Numbered from the stretch's first letter, positions 33,988 to 46,045 are shown. The stretch: 64,000 nucleotides of DNA from Macrostomum lignano (GCA_002269645.1 NIVC01001373.1:62001-126000), one strand, 5' to 3'. Translations and numbers: made by a program. The notes: a model not told the origin generated them from the letters alone.

Positions 33988-35400
33988 TGCCTCTCTCACT
34001 CCCTACCCTATTCCCATGCCTCTCACTCCCTACCATATTCCCATGCCTCTCACTCCCTACCCTATCCCCATGCCTCTCACTCCCTACCCTATCCCCATGC
34101 CTCTCACTCCCTACCCTATTCCCATGCCTCTCACTCCCTACCCTATCCCCATGCCTCTCACTCCCTACCCTATTCCCATGCCTCTCACTCCCTACCCTAT
34201 TCCCATGCCTCTCTCACTCCCTACCCTATCCCCACATGCCTCACTCCCTACCCTATTCCCATGCCTCTCACTCCCTACCCTATCCCCACATGCCTCACTC
34301 CCTACCCTATTCCCATGCCTCTCTCACTCCCTACCCTATCCCCATGCCTCTCACTCCCTACCCTATCCCCATGCCTCTCACTCCCTACCCTATTCCCATG
34401 CCTCTCACTCCCTACCCTATTCCCATGCCTCTCTCACTCCCTACCCTATCCCCACATGCCTCACTCCCTACCCTATTCCCATGCCTCTCACTCCCTACCC
34501 TATCCCCACATGCCTCACTCCCTACCCTATTCCCATGCCTCTCACTCCCTACCATATTCCCATGCCTCTCACTCCCTACCCTATCCCCATGCCTCTCACT
34601 CCCTACCCTATCCCCACATGCCTCACTCCCTACCCTATTCCCATGCCTCTCTCACTCCCTACCCTATTCCCATGCCTCTCTCACTCCCTACCCTATTCCC
34701 ATGCCTCTCACTCCCTACCCTATTCCCATGCCTCTCACTCCCTACCCTATTCCCATGCCTCTCTCACTCCCTACCCTATTCCCATGCCTCTCTCACTCCC
34801 TACCATATTCCCATGCCTCTCTCACTCCCTACCCTATTCCCATGCCTCTCTCACTCCCTACCCTATTCCCATGCCTCTCTCACTCCCTACCCTATTCCCA
34901 TGCCTCTCTCACTCCCTACCCTATTCCCATGCCTCTCTCACTCCCTACCATATTCCCATGCCTCTCACTCCCTACCCTATTCCCATGCCTCTCTCACTCC
35001 CTACCCTATTCCCATGCCTCTCACTCCCTACCCTATCCCCTTGCCTCTCTCACTCCCTACCCTATTCCCATGCCTCTCTCACTCCCTACCCTATTCCCAT
35101 GCCTCTCACTCCCTACCCTATCCCCATGCCTCTCACTCCCTACCCTATTCCCATGCCTCTCACTCCCTACCCTATTCCCATGCCTCTCACTCCCTACCCT
35201 ATCCCCATGCCTCTCACTCCCTACCCTATCCCCATGCCTCTCACTCCCTACCCTATCCTCATGCCTCTCTCACTCCCTACCCTATCCTCATGCCTCTCTC
35301 ACTCCCTACCCTATCCTCATGCCTCTCTCACTCCCTACCCTATCCTCATGCCTCTCTCACTCCCTACCCTATCCTCATGCCTCTCTCACTCCCTACCAAC
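33988..35400. repeat. 27-29-bp minisatellite (atgcctctcactccctaccctattccc)n
   Basis: About 50 units; source of the spurious 500-575 aa ORFs. Confidence 0.96.
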
Positions 35401-35518
35401 TCCGCACACCTCAACCTCAAATCCCTCTCCCCATCCCTCATCCTTACTCTCTTATCTCTCTCACATCACGTATCCACCTCACCCTTTACCATCTCCCTAC
35501 ACGCCTTCAGTGGTCTCT

Positions 35519-36013
35519 TCAAGCATTCTCAGTTGCTTCAATCTGTAGTCTCCTTGCTGGCCTGCCTGTCGAGCCGACTGTGCTTAACGTGGCCAAAGTT
35601 GAGCTGGCCAGCTTTACGGAAGACCACCGACGAGTCCGCTGCCCTGCGAGCCAGTTTTGTAAGGCAATGCGCCTTTTATTTATCCAAAAACCGCTACTCA
35701 GCCGTCGCTGCTGAGCGATCGGACTCTTCTTCAAGGCCACGTCCCTCTGGAGCGGCAGGTTAGCAACCAAATTTCGTTGACTACCGTTGGTGCCGTTGAG
35801 AGCGCTATGCAGAATCAGCAGCGACAAGGTGGCGGCATAGGCGACAGCTGCCAGCAGAAAAAGCAGGCGGAGTTGACGGCTCGCAGGCAACACCGAGCTG
35901 CACAATTCTGCTAGCGGTAGGTTAGAGCTCTTCTGACTGAGTTGCTTTGCCTCCCAGTATCCCAGTCTAGCGACCTGTCTACCCAAGTGTCTTGGTGCCC
36001 TCGTAGCTGTCAT
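35519..36013 (-). CDS. Possible orphan coding island (164-aa ORF with one hydrophobic segment)
   Basis: ATG at 36013; LRLLFLLAAVAYAATLSLLILHSAL followed by NGT; unique sequence between two satellites. No family recognised. Confidence 0.3.
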   Translation of the reverse strand: MTATRAPRHLGRQVARLGYWEAKQLSQKSSNLPLAELCSSVLPASRQLRLLFLLAAVAYAATLSLLILHSALNGTNGSQRNLVANLPLQRDVALKKSPIAQQRRLSSGFWINKRRIALQNWLAGQRTRRWSSVKLASSTLATLSTVGSTGRPARRLQIEATENA

Positions 36014-36029
36014 CAGTTGTTATAGTTTC

Positions 36030-38330
36030 CTGTTGTCTCAGGTGTCTTATTGTCCCACGTGTATTTTTGTCCCAGGTGTCCTACTGTCCCAGGTGTCCTA
36101 TTGTTCCAGGTGTCTTTTTGTCCCAGGTGTCCTATTGTTCCAGGTGTCTTTTTGTCCCAGGTGTCCTACTGTCCCAGGTGTCCTACTGTCCCAGGTGTCC
36201 TATTGTCCCAGGTGTCCTATTGTCCCAGCTGTCCTATTGTCCCAGGTGTCTCATTGTCCCAGGTGTCCTATTGTCCCAGGTGTCCTATTGTCCCATGTGT
36301 CTTATTGTCCCAGCTGTCCTATTGTCCCAGGTGTCTCATTGTCCCGGGTGTCCTATTGTCCCAGGTGTCTTATTGTCCCAGGTATCTTATTGTCCCAGGT
36401 GTCCTATTGTCCCAGGTGTCCTATTGTCCAAGCTGTCCCATCGTCCCAGGTGTCTTATTGTCCCTGGTGTCTCATTGTCCCAGGTGTCCTATTGTCCCAG
36501 GTATCTTATTGTCCCAGGTGTCTTATTGTCCCAGGTGTCCTATTGTCCCAGGTGTCTTTTTGTCGCAGGTGTCTTATTTTCCTTAGGTGTCCTATCGTCC
36601 CATGTGTCTTATTGTCCCTGGTGTCCTATTGTCCCAGGTGTCCTATTGTCCCAGGTGTCTTTTTGTCCCAGGTGTCTTATTGTCCCAGCTGTCCTATTGT
36701 CCCAGGTGTCTTATTGTCCCGGGTGTCCTATTGTCCCAGGTGTCTTATTGTCCCAGTTGTCTCATTTTTCCAGGTATCTTATTGTCCCAGGTATCTTATT
36801 GTCCCAGGTGTCCTATTGTCCCAGGTGTCCTATTGTCCAAGCTGTCCTATTGTCCCAGGTGTCCTATTGTCCCAGGTGTCCTATTGTCCCAGGTGTCCTA
36901 TTGTCCCATGTGTCTTATTGTCCCAGGGTCCTATTGTCCCAGGTGTCCTATTGTCCCAGGTATCTTTTTGTCCCAGGTGTCCTATTGTCCCAGGTGTCCT
37001 ATTGTCCCAGGTGTCCTATTGTCCCAGGTGTCCTATTGTCCCAGGTGTCCTATTGTCCCAGGTGTCCTATTGTCCCATGTGTCTTATTGTCCCAGGGTCC
37101 TATTGTCCCAGGTGTCCTATTGTCCCAGGTGTCTTTTTGTCCCAGGCGTCCTATTGTCCTAGGTGTCCTATCGTCCCAGGTGTCCTATTGTCCGAGGTGT
37201 CCTATTGTCCCAGCTGTCCTATTGTCCCAGGTGTCTCATTGTCCCAGGTGTCCTATTGTCCCAGGTGTCCTATTGTCCCAGGTGTCCTATTGTCCCAGGT
37301 GTCTTATTGTCCCAGCTGTCCTATTGTCCCAGGTGTCTCATTGTCCCGGGTGTCCTATTGTCCCAGGTGTCTTATTGTCCCAGGTATCTTATTGTCCCAG
37401 GTGTCCTATTGTCCCAGGTGTCCTATTGTCCCAGGTGTCCTATTGTCCCAGGTGTCTTATTGTCCCTGGTGTCTCATTGTCCCAGGTGTCCTATTGTCCC
37501 AGGTATCTTATTGTCCCAGGTGTCTTATTGTCCCAGGTGTCCTATTGTCCCAGGTGTCTTTTTGTCCCAGGTGTCTTATTTTTTCTTAGGTGTCCTATCG
37601 TCCCATGTGTCTTATTGTCCCTGGTGTCTCATTGTCCCAGGTGTCCTATTGTCCCAGGTATCTTATTGTCCCAGGTGTCTTATTGTCCCAGGTGTCCTAT
37701 TGTCCCAGGTGTCTTTTTGTCGCAGGTGTCTTATTTTCCTTAGGTGTCCTATCGTCCCATGTGTCTTATTGTCCCTGGTGTCCTATTGTCCCAGGTGTCT
37801 CATTGTCCCAGGTGTCTTTTTTGTCCCAGGTGTCTTATTGTCCCAGCTGTCCTATTGTCCCAGGTGTCTTATTGTCCCGGGTGTCCTATTGTCCCAGGTG
37901 TCTTATTGTCCCAGTTGTCTCATTTTTCCAGGTATCTTATTGTCCCAGGTATCTTATTGTCCCAGGTGTCCTATTGTCCAAGCTGTCCTATTGTCCCAGG
38001 TGTCCTATTGTCCCAGGTGTCCTATTGTCCCAGGTGTCCTATTGTCCCATGTGTCTTATTGTCCCAGGGTCCTATTGTCCCAGGTGTCCTATTGTCCCAG
38101 GTGTCTTTTTGTCCCAGGTGTCCTATTGTCCCAGGTGTCCTATTGTCCCAGGTGTCCTATTGTCCCAGGTGTCCTATTGTCCCAGGTGTCCTATTGTCCT
38201 ATGTGTCTTATTGTCCCAGGGTCCTATTGTCCCAGGTGTCCTATTGTCCCAGGTGTCTTTTTGTCCCAGGCGTCCTATTGTCCTAGGTGTCCTATCGTCC
38301 CAGGTGTCCTATTGTCCCAGGTGTCTTTTA
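36030..38330. repeat. 17-bp minisatellite (tcctattgtcccaggtg)n, ~2.3 kb, with a ~1.16-kb higher-order duplication
   Basis: Variant blocks tgtcgcagg at 36561/37718 and ctcatttttc at 36761/37919. Confidence 0.96.
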
Positions 38331-38702
38331 TCAGGGGTTCGAACGTCGTCTTTGGGTTTCCAACACGATTGAGAACTCTCACTGCCCTTCATGCCAAGGA
38401 TTAAACAATACTAAAATAGGAGCGTATCAATAAAAGAAATGCCATACCAGACAAACAACGTTGACCTGGCTCTGCAGACATGGGTTTTCAGTGGGGATTT
38501 ATCAAAGACTGATGCTTCAGAGACATTTGCAGAGGATCAAATCAGTGCGCAACTTTGAAATCGGTCAACTTCGCCTAGATATTGAATCGAGCGGTTTCAC
38601 CCCTGCTTTGCGTGCTTAGCAGCCAATGAGTGAGCCCAAGAGCTTCTTTAAAGGGATGCATAAAAGATTTGCTAGATGGTCGATTGGCCGATCTTGCAGG
38701 CC

Positions 38703-39146
38703 ATGCAGCGTGCACCGCGTCAACTTGTTGCTCGACCGACTCCGTCAGCGTCCAGGTCTCGGCGTTGTACAGCAGAACGGTCTCGATCACCGCCTGGAAC
38801 AACGCCGCCCTCTGGCGGTCAGGTAAGGCCTCGGACTGCAGAACTGCCCGCCTTCAAGATCGGCTACGAGCGAGTGACCAACGCGGCTTTGTATCACCGC
38901 GCCGGCCTGGTCCGTCCAAGCGACCTGTTGCGACGTCGGCTACTTCAGCTGGCAGGCCACATTATCCGCGCCGAGTCGTACTGCCCAGAGCCGGTGCAGG
39001 AGGTGCTGCTGCTGACTCGTTTCGTCGACTGCCTGCTGGCTGACGCCGGCGCCCCGGATTCGGCCGGCGACGTGGCGTTCATTCGCGACCTGGCCTTGAG
39101 GCGCGCCCTGTGACGCTGACTGCGTATTCTGTTGTTGTTGTTGTTG
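38703..39146 (+). mobile_element. Short RTE insertion with inverted 5' part
   Basis: 38703-38850 on the minus strand encodes [35 protein letters not shown]. 38850-39113 on the plus strand encodes AFKIGYERV...LAGHIIRAESYCPEPVQEVLLL...LRRAL*. (GTT)n tail at 39130-39146. Confidence 0.9.
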
Positions 39147-39799
39147 AAGTGAGCAAAACTTAGTAAAACTACAACAGAATTTAAGCCCATTTTATTGGGA
39201 AGTATAGCATGAATTTATTGCACAGAGATTAAACTATCAAGTGTATTTATTTCATCGCTAAAATTTCCCGTTGAAATTAGTAAACAAAAAAGCATCAAAA
39301 GGCACACAAAACAATAAACTCTTGTAAGTACTCAGACCATGAAGTCCATCTAGCCCTTGACGTTAAACATCAACTTTAAAAAGTAAAAAAAAACAATTTT
39401 ATGACAAAAAGCAAGATTAAAAACGCATGGACCAACAGCAATGGAGAATGATGGGTCCACTGCGAACGGAGAAATACAACATGAGATCAAACATCAATCC
39501 TCCAGCTTTTATGACATTTAAAAAAAGAAACTTCAACGTAACAAAAAATCTACAAAAACAATATTGGTAGGATAAAACTCCGGTGGATAACACAAAAAGT
39601 ACAGGAAATCAAATAAAAAAAAACAGCGCGCAGTTATCGGGGCAAAAAGGTGCAAAATTAGACTTAAAAATGGTTATTGGCTCAGCAGAACTGTCTATTT
39701 AAAGAGATAAAAACAAAATAGAAAACAGTAAAAGACAGGAAGGTGTCAACAGAATAAGTTTTGCTCAATTAGCAATTGAGAGGCAGTGCTGTGCTTGAG

Positions 39800-41010
39800 G
39801 GGTAGAGGCGGTAGACTACTGAACGATCAGGGGTAGAGGCGCTAGACTACTGAACGATCAGGGGTAGAGGCGGTAGACTACTAAAAGATCAGGGTAGAGG
39901 CGCTAGACTACTAAACGATCAGGGGTAGAGGCGGTAGACTACTGAACGATCAGGGGTAGAGGCGGTAGACTATTGAACGATCAGGGGTAGAGGCGGTAGA
40001 CTACTGAACGATCAAGGGTAGAGGCCGTAGACTAATTGAACGATCAGGGGTAGAGGCGCTAGACTACTAAACGATCAGGGGTAGAGGCGGTAGACTACTG
40101 AACGATCAGGGGTAGAGGCGGTAGGCTAATGAACGATCAGGGGTAGAGGCGCTAGACTACTAAACGATCAGGGGTAGAGGCGGTAGACTACTAAAAGATC
40201 AGGGGTAGAGGCGGTAGACTACTGAACGATCAGGGGTAGAGGCGGTAGGCTAATGAACGATCAGGGGTAGAGGCGGTAGACTACTAAAAGATCAGGGTAG
40301 AGGCGCTAGACTACTAAACGATCAGGGGTAGAGGCGGTAGACTATTGAACGATCAGGGGTAGAGGCGGTAGACTACTGAACGATCAAGGGTAGAGGCGGT
40401 AGACTATTGAACGATCAGGGGTAGAGGCGGTAGACTACTAAACGATCAGGGGTAGAGGCGGTAGACTACTAAAAGATCAGGGGTAGAGGCGGTAGGCTAA
40501 TGAACGATCAAGGGTAGAGGCCGTAGACTACTAAACGATCAGGGGTAGAGGCGGTAGGCTAATGAACGATCAGGGGTAGAGGCGGTAGACTACTAAAAGA
40601 TCAGGGGTAGAGGCGGTAGACTATTGAACGATCAGGGGTAGAGGCGGTAGACTACTGAACGATCAAGGGTAGAGGCGGTAGACTATTGAACGATCAGGGG
40701 TAGAGGCGGTAGACTACTAAACGATCAGGGGTAGAGGCGGTAGACTACTAAAAGATCAGGGGTAGAGGCGGTAGACTACTAAACGATCAGGGGTAGAGGC
40801 GGTAGACTATTGAACGATCAGGGGTAGAGGCGGTAGACTATTGAACGATCAGGGGTAGAGGCGGTAGACTACTGAACGATCAGGGGTAGAGGCGGTAGAC
40901 TACTGAACGATCAGGGGTAGAGGCGGTAGACTACTGAACGATCAGGGGTAGAGGCGGTAGACTACTGAACGATCAGGGGTAGAGGCGGTAGACTACTGAA
41001 CGATCAGGGG
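39800..41010. repeat. 31-bp minisatellite (ggggtagaggcggtagactactgaacgatca)n
   Basis: About 39 units. Confidence 0.96.
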
Positions 41011-41084
41011 TATAGAGCCGGGCGGTTTTGGCTGCTGAATGCAGAGTCGAGAAATTGCATTCTCCCAGAGGAAGATACCATTAC

Positions 41085-41729
41085 TATAGCATTTTGCAGT
41101 CAAGTTTGAACTGCGGGCATTCAAATTAGACGCTTGACCAGATCTCACTGCTGGCACAAATGCTATCTATGGCCTAGACAAAATCACACTGGTGGGCACT
41201 CAATTTAGACAAGGGGCATTCAAATTAGACAAGTTCTCAGGCGCATTGGCTGGGCAATTCAAGATCGTGTTGCGTCTGTTGTCAGACAACCATTCTGTGA
41301 ACCCTGAACTATGAAGATAAGAACAAGTTATAACAAAGTAAGCATGTGTGAACAAACAAAACATGGTGCTCAGCACATCAATGAACAAGAGTCTCACAAG
41401 AGTCTCATCTGATACATCCAACATGTTGGCAATTTCAGCCACAGAGTCACCACGTTGGCATGCCCCAATAATGAGGTCACGCTTCTCTCTGGAAATTCTT
41501 GCATAGCGACGAATCGGATTGTCCATGGTCTTTCTCTCTGGCACACATAGACTTTCCGCTGCTTGTCTAATTTGAATGCCCGTTGTCCAAATTGAGTGCC
41601 CGTCAGTGTGTTTCAGTTTGTGCCACAGACAAAGTTCTGCTTGACTTGGGGACGGATTCTGAAATTTGGCTCTTCCCTTCTTGTCTAATTTGAATGCCCG
41701 CAGCTCAAACTTGACTGCAAAATGCTATA
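41085..41729 (-). mobile_element. Non-autonomous Tc1/IS630-like element with 47-bp TIRs
   Basis: 41085-41131 versus 41683-41729 inverted with 1 mismatch, TA at both ends; internal subterminal copies of gggcattcaaattagac; remnant RRYARISREKRDLIIGACQRGDSVAEIANMLDV resembles a transposase HTH. Confidence 0.75.
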
Positions 41730-42216
41730 AAGTATAAAGAGACTCATACGCTCCTTAAAGTAAAGCGCCAGGCCATGAAACTAAGACACATTTTTTAAAT
41801 CAAGCGCAATAAACTGGCCCCTTCAACAATGAAGAATTGGTAGCAGAAGAAATAGACAGGCTCAAATGAAGCAACAGGCAAGTATGGACTATTGAAATTT
41901 CAATTCTAGTGGCACTTAGCTATAGAATATTACACACCTGCTTATGCGAAGCGTTCTAAGGCCTCGTATGGCCAAACGACCGTATTATATAAGCTAAATG
42001 ACAGTTTGCAGTGTGGGGAATAAGGGGCTTTTAACTTGCCTACTACCATGATCAAAATGGCACGACTTCAATCTACAGTTAGCAAAAACTCCCTCTTTTC
42101 CCATTGCTTCGGACGATCTTAATGAGACTTTAGTGAAACAAAGCGAGACTCCATGAAGCAATCCCCATACAAACCAGCACGAGAGATGTTAAGGAAAACA
42201 TTGCCATAGACTACGA

Positions 42217-42413
42217 CCGTATAAGCCATAGACTATAACGGATCATCCATTTTAGCTGCCGCTCTTTTGCCTAGGTGACAGTCACGATCACAGTTTTTAG
42301 CATCTGTGGTCACTATTCACACGCAAATTAATCGGTTAGTTTACATTCAGTCTTTTACTCATAGGCGGCGTCTCATTTTGCTTCTCTATTCATATAGTCT
42401 ATGGCTTATACGG
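42217..42413. mobile_element. Small MITE-like element with perfect 21-bp inverted repeats containing CATAGAC
   Basis: ccgtataagccatagactata (42217-42237) and tatagtctatggcttatacgg (42393-42413). Confidence 0.6.
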
Positions 42414-42554
42414 GCTATGGCCTATGGCCATGTTTTTATGGTCGATCGATGCCAGTTTCGACCATAGACAATAGGTGCCTGTACCAAACAGACTGAGAGC
42501 CACAGACGCGACTGAGATAGCGTGAGAGCCACTGTTACATCCATTAATTTCTAT

Positions 42555-44042
42555 TCAATGTTGCTTCTTTGAGGACGCGACGTGCCCGTTGATGGCGTGT
42601 CCGTTCGCCTGCCCGTTCGGTCGCTGCAATGCCAACAGATGGGCGATTCGTTTTCGAAACGATCGAACTCAGAAAAAGTACAAATTGTGAATAAGATTTT
42701 CTCTGGACACTCACTTTGCCGACGGCTTCCCGCTTGTTCAAATTGCTTCTGGTGACGTACTCTTTGTGATAGAAGTTGGCGAACAGTGCAATCATGGAGA
42801 GACCATACACCATGCCGGAGTACTCCATCCAGATGGGGACGGCGCCGCAGCCAGTTAGCAGAGAATGAGTGCCGACCAGCATCCCGATGAAGAATTGAAT
42901 CTGCGGACAGTTTCATTAGCCAAGTATGATTGTTTTAAATCTACACACGTGGGGAGTTTCACTGGACGCATTTAGAGTGGTGCATGGATTCCTGGGATTA
43001 GGGCTTTTGTGCATTGAGTATTGCGTGCATTGGATAGCTGCATAAGACTCTCCCTCACCAGTTGCAGCCGGGTCAGGTACCGCTTCCACCACAGGAACTT
43101 CTGCACAGCCTCTCCAAGGGAGCTCAGCCCATAGTAGGTGTACATGAGCACGTGAATGAAGGAGTTGATCATGGCGCCGAGGAAAGACTGACCGCCGGCC
43201 ACCCACTTCACGCCGATCCACCAGATCGGGAACATGGTGGCGTGGTGGTAGAGATGCAGGAAGCTGATCTGCGTGTTTTTCTTTCTCAGCACAAAGAACA
43301 TTGTGTCCATAAACTCGATACACTTGGAGAAGTAGTACCACCACAAGGCCTTGGCGATGCGAACCTCGTAGGGATTGTCCGAGTAGTCGATGTGCTGGCA
43401 CAGGTAGTTGTAGTTGCGTTTCCAAGAGCAGTACAGTAGCTGAAATTATTGCCGCGTGCTTAATTTAACTTTTTCAGGCCATAGAATAAAAAAAGGTTGC
43501 AATTTTGTCTACCACTCTACTGAGTAGTAGACTGCAGGCTAAAGTCTGTCAAGAAAGAATATATTTTGAACAAAAAATATCCGTAGATATCTCAGTTATC
43601 TTTAGTTACCTCGGAGAATATGTGAAAGTTGAGCACCACAAGGCAGATATTGTAGGCGAACAGGGGCCAGCGTAGGCGGAAGGGCTGGCGGCTGGCCATG
43701 AGGCGCTGGCCGACCTTCACCGCGATCAGGTAGCCGAACATCAGGGCCCAGGTGGGCCAGTAGGATTTCATTAGCGGCCAGTCTGCCACGCGCTTGTCTG
43801 CGGAGTGAAAAAATAATAACAGCATATTGTGAATATTGTAATTTTCGTGCTGAAAATCAAAGTTATCAGAAGGCAATGCGATAATAACATCCGAATCGGA
43901 GGTCGTACGAGTGTTGCAACAGTTCCTATAGCAACCATTACAGGTAGGAACTCTAATTGAAATTCTAATTCCAATGGTTTCACTCACCGGCTTTTCTCAG
44001 CCAGAATTGGTAGCTATCGTAGAAGTGAGCGGCCTGGTCCAT
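42555..44042 (-). CDS. ELOVL4: Very-long-chain fatty acid elongase, ELOVL4-like; exons 43988-44042, 43610-43797, 43059-43439, 42715-42900, 42555-42623; 292 aa
   Basis: [18 protein letters not shown]|[10 protein letters not shown]; [27 protein letters not shown]; KCIEFMDT; catalytic HLYHH; C-terminal NGH repeats and KKQH* (KKxx ER-retrieval motif). All introns GT-AG and in phase. Orthology to ELOVL4 rests on motif similarity only. Confidence 0.9.
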
Positions 44043-45143
44043 TATGAGATCCATAACTGATATTTATAATTCTAAACTAATCTACAGAAGAGGGAATTGA
44101 GATCGCGGAGTTCGATTGGAACCGAAGACTCAGAAGGAGCAGCAGATTACAGGGCTATGAAACAAAGCGGTACCGGGATTAGACAGAGATGTTAACGGGA
44201 TTTGTCCGCACCGGAGGACGGCTGGGATACTATAGCAACTGACGGAGGATTTCATGAAGACATCAAAGCCAAGGTATGCCTATAAAGGCTGTGCTCACTA
44301 AGCCCTACTCACAAATGCAGGCAGGCTGGGGGGAAGGGGATAGATGAGTCTGTTGAGCACAATGGTGGGAGAGAAGCAGAGCATTCTTGTGCAGAGTTTG
44401 GGACAGCCGGGGAGTGGCAGCAATGCAGAGAGAGCGGGTTGCCTGCCAGAACACAAGCTCTCAGCAGCCCCAACCTCAAACACCCATTCTCCCACGAGAA
44501 GCCGTCCATAGCGTACACTAATTCAGAAGTTTCTCTACCCACTCCGTTCTTCTGTCAACCCCCTGCCGGCGCGGTAACCATGGAAACCAAATCTGAAAGT
44601 TTCAGAGACCCTTGGGCAGGCGGGCTGAGAAGCTCCCGAGAAACAATAGTCGCATAGCTGAGTCTCTATAGGCTCTGCTCTCTTTGCGATCTACAAAGCG
44701 AATAAGGTGAATGGAAATTCATTCCGTCAAGACAAGAGTGCAGATCCTCACAGTTACCATGGCAACTGTACGAGTTGCAACAGATTATAAATCTCTACAA
44801 TATAATTTATTAAACAAAGTTTGAAAGGTTATTTATTGTTCAGGATTGTCATTAACAAGCATTTAACCACCTATTTTGTAGGAATGATATAGTCCTTGGA
44901 CTGAACAGCCGTACGCAGCCTTCAAATGCGCCGCGCAAAAACCATAGGGTAGGTGTAATAAATTATTATCATTGTTATTATATTAGCACGTAGAATAAGA
45001 ACCGAAAGCAGCAGGCAATTTGGTTGATTTCACAAACATCAAACTCGAAACGTATTCATTCACTGTCCTCTCTCTGTCCATCAGACTGATTTTAGCGTAT
45101 GGTTCTCTCTGCGCCATGACTTCCAGCTGTGGCCCAAAGAAAA

Positions 45144-45719
45144 TACGAGGGTCATCCCAAAAGTTCTCTGTATCACTGAATTACTCCTACGAACTGGCAC
45201 CAATTTTGAAGAAACTGCACACAAACTTGCACCAATATCTGCACACAACATTGATGAATTTTCATAAAAAAATCTCCATGCAATTAGAAATAACAAGCTG
45301 AGTTGTCCAACACCTTCAGAGCAAATGGACAGCTCTCACATTGACTTCTTTAACTGGCACAGTGCAGCTCGTGCAGCATCACCGACTGAATAGGCAAGTG
45401 TCACAAGCAGAAAAGTGAATGAACTTGACAAGAATTCCATCATTTATTCTTGAATGACTGGCTGACTCACATGACTGGTCGGTGATGCTGCACGAGCTGC
45501 ACTGTGCCAGTTAAAGAAGTCAATGTGAGAGCTGTCCATTTGCTCTGAAGGTGTTGGACAACTCAGCTTGTTATTTCTAATTGCATGGAGATTTTTTATG
45601 AAAATTCATCAATGTTGTGTGCAGATATTGGTGCAAGTTTGTGTGCAGTTTCTTCAAAATTGGTGCCAGTTCGTAGGAGTAATTCAGTGATACAGAGAAC
45701 TTTTGGGATGACCCTCGTA
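45144..45719. mobile_element. Mariner-type foldback MITE with ~240-bp near-perfect inverted arms
   Basis: TA|CGAGGGTCATCCCAAAAGT...ACTTTTGGGATGACCCTCG|TA; arms 45146-45386 and 45478-45717 around a ~91-bp spacer. Confidence 0.85.
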
Positions 45720-45869
45720 GTCTATGGCCATAGATTGCCCCCCTCTCGCGAGCTGTACTCCCGGTTCTGTGTGCTACCGCCTTACGAGACTCTCCAGTGA
45801 AGCCTCTCCATCCGGCCCTCGGGCCTTTAAGAAGAGACAAACCTTGAGCGGGCCGGATTGCTATTGTAG

Positions 45870-46045
45870 TCTCTTCTCAGCTCCCTTCTCTCTAATCTCC
45901 TCTACTTTATCCTCTCCCTTCGATCCTCTCACCTTCTCTTCTCTCCTCTCTTCTCCTATTTCATCTCTCCTTTCCTTTCGTCTAATCTCGTTTAGCCCGC
46001 CTCGCCTCTCCATTCTCCCATCTGTCATCTCATCTTGTTTCTCTC
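45870..46045. repeat. CT-rich low-complexity tract
   Basis: Polypyrimidine degenerate (ct/cct)n. Confidence 0.8.

Noticed and set aside
33987-38404. Several 400-575 aa Pro/Cys-rich ORFs
   Set aside because: Products of the 27-bp and 17-bp arrays; identical peptides recur across frames.
44290-45120. A plus-strand gene divergent from the elongase
   Set aside because: Only short unrecognisable ORFs and no consistent exon chain.
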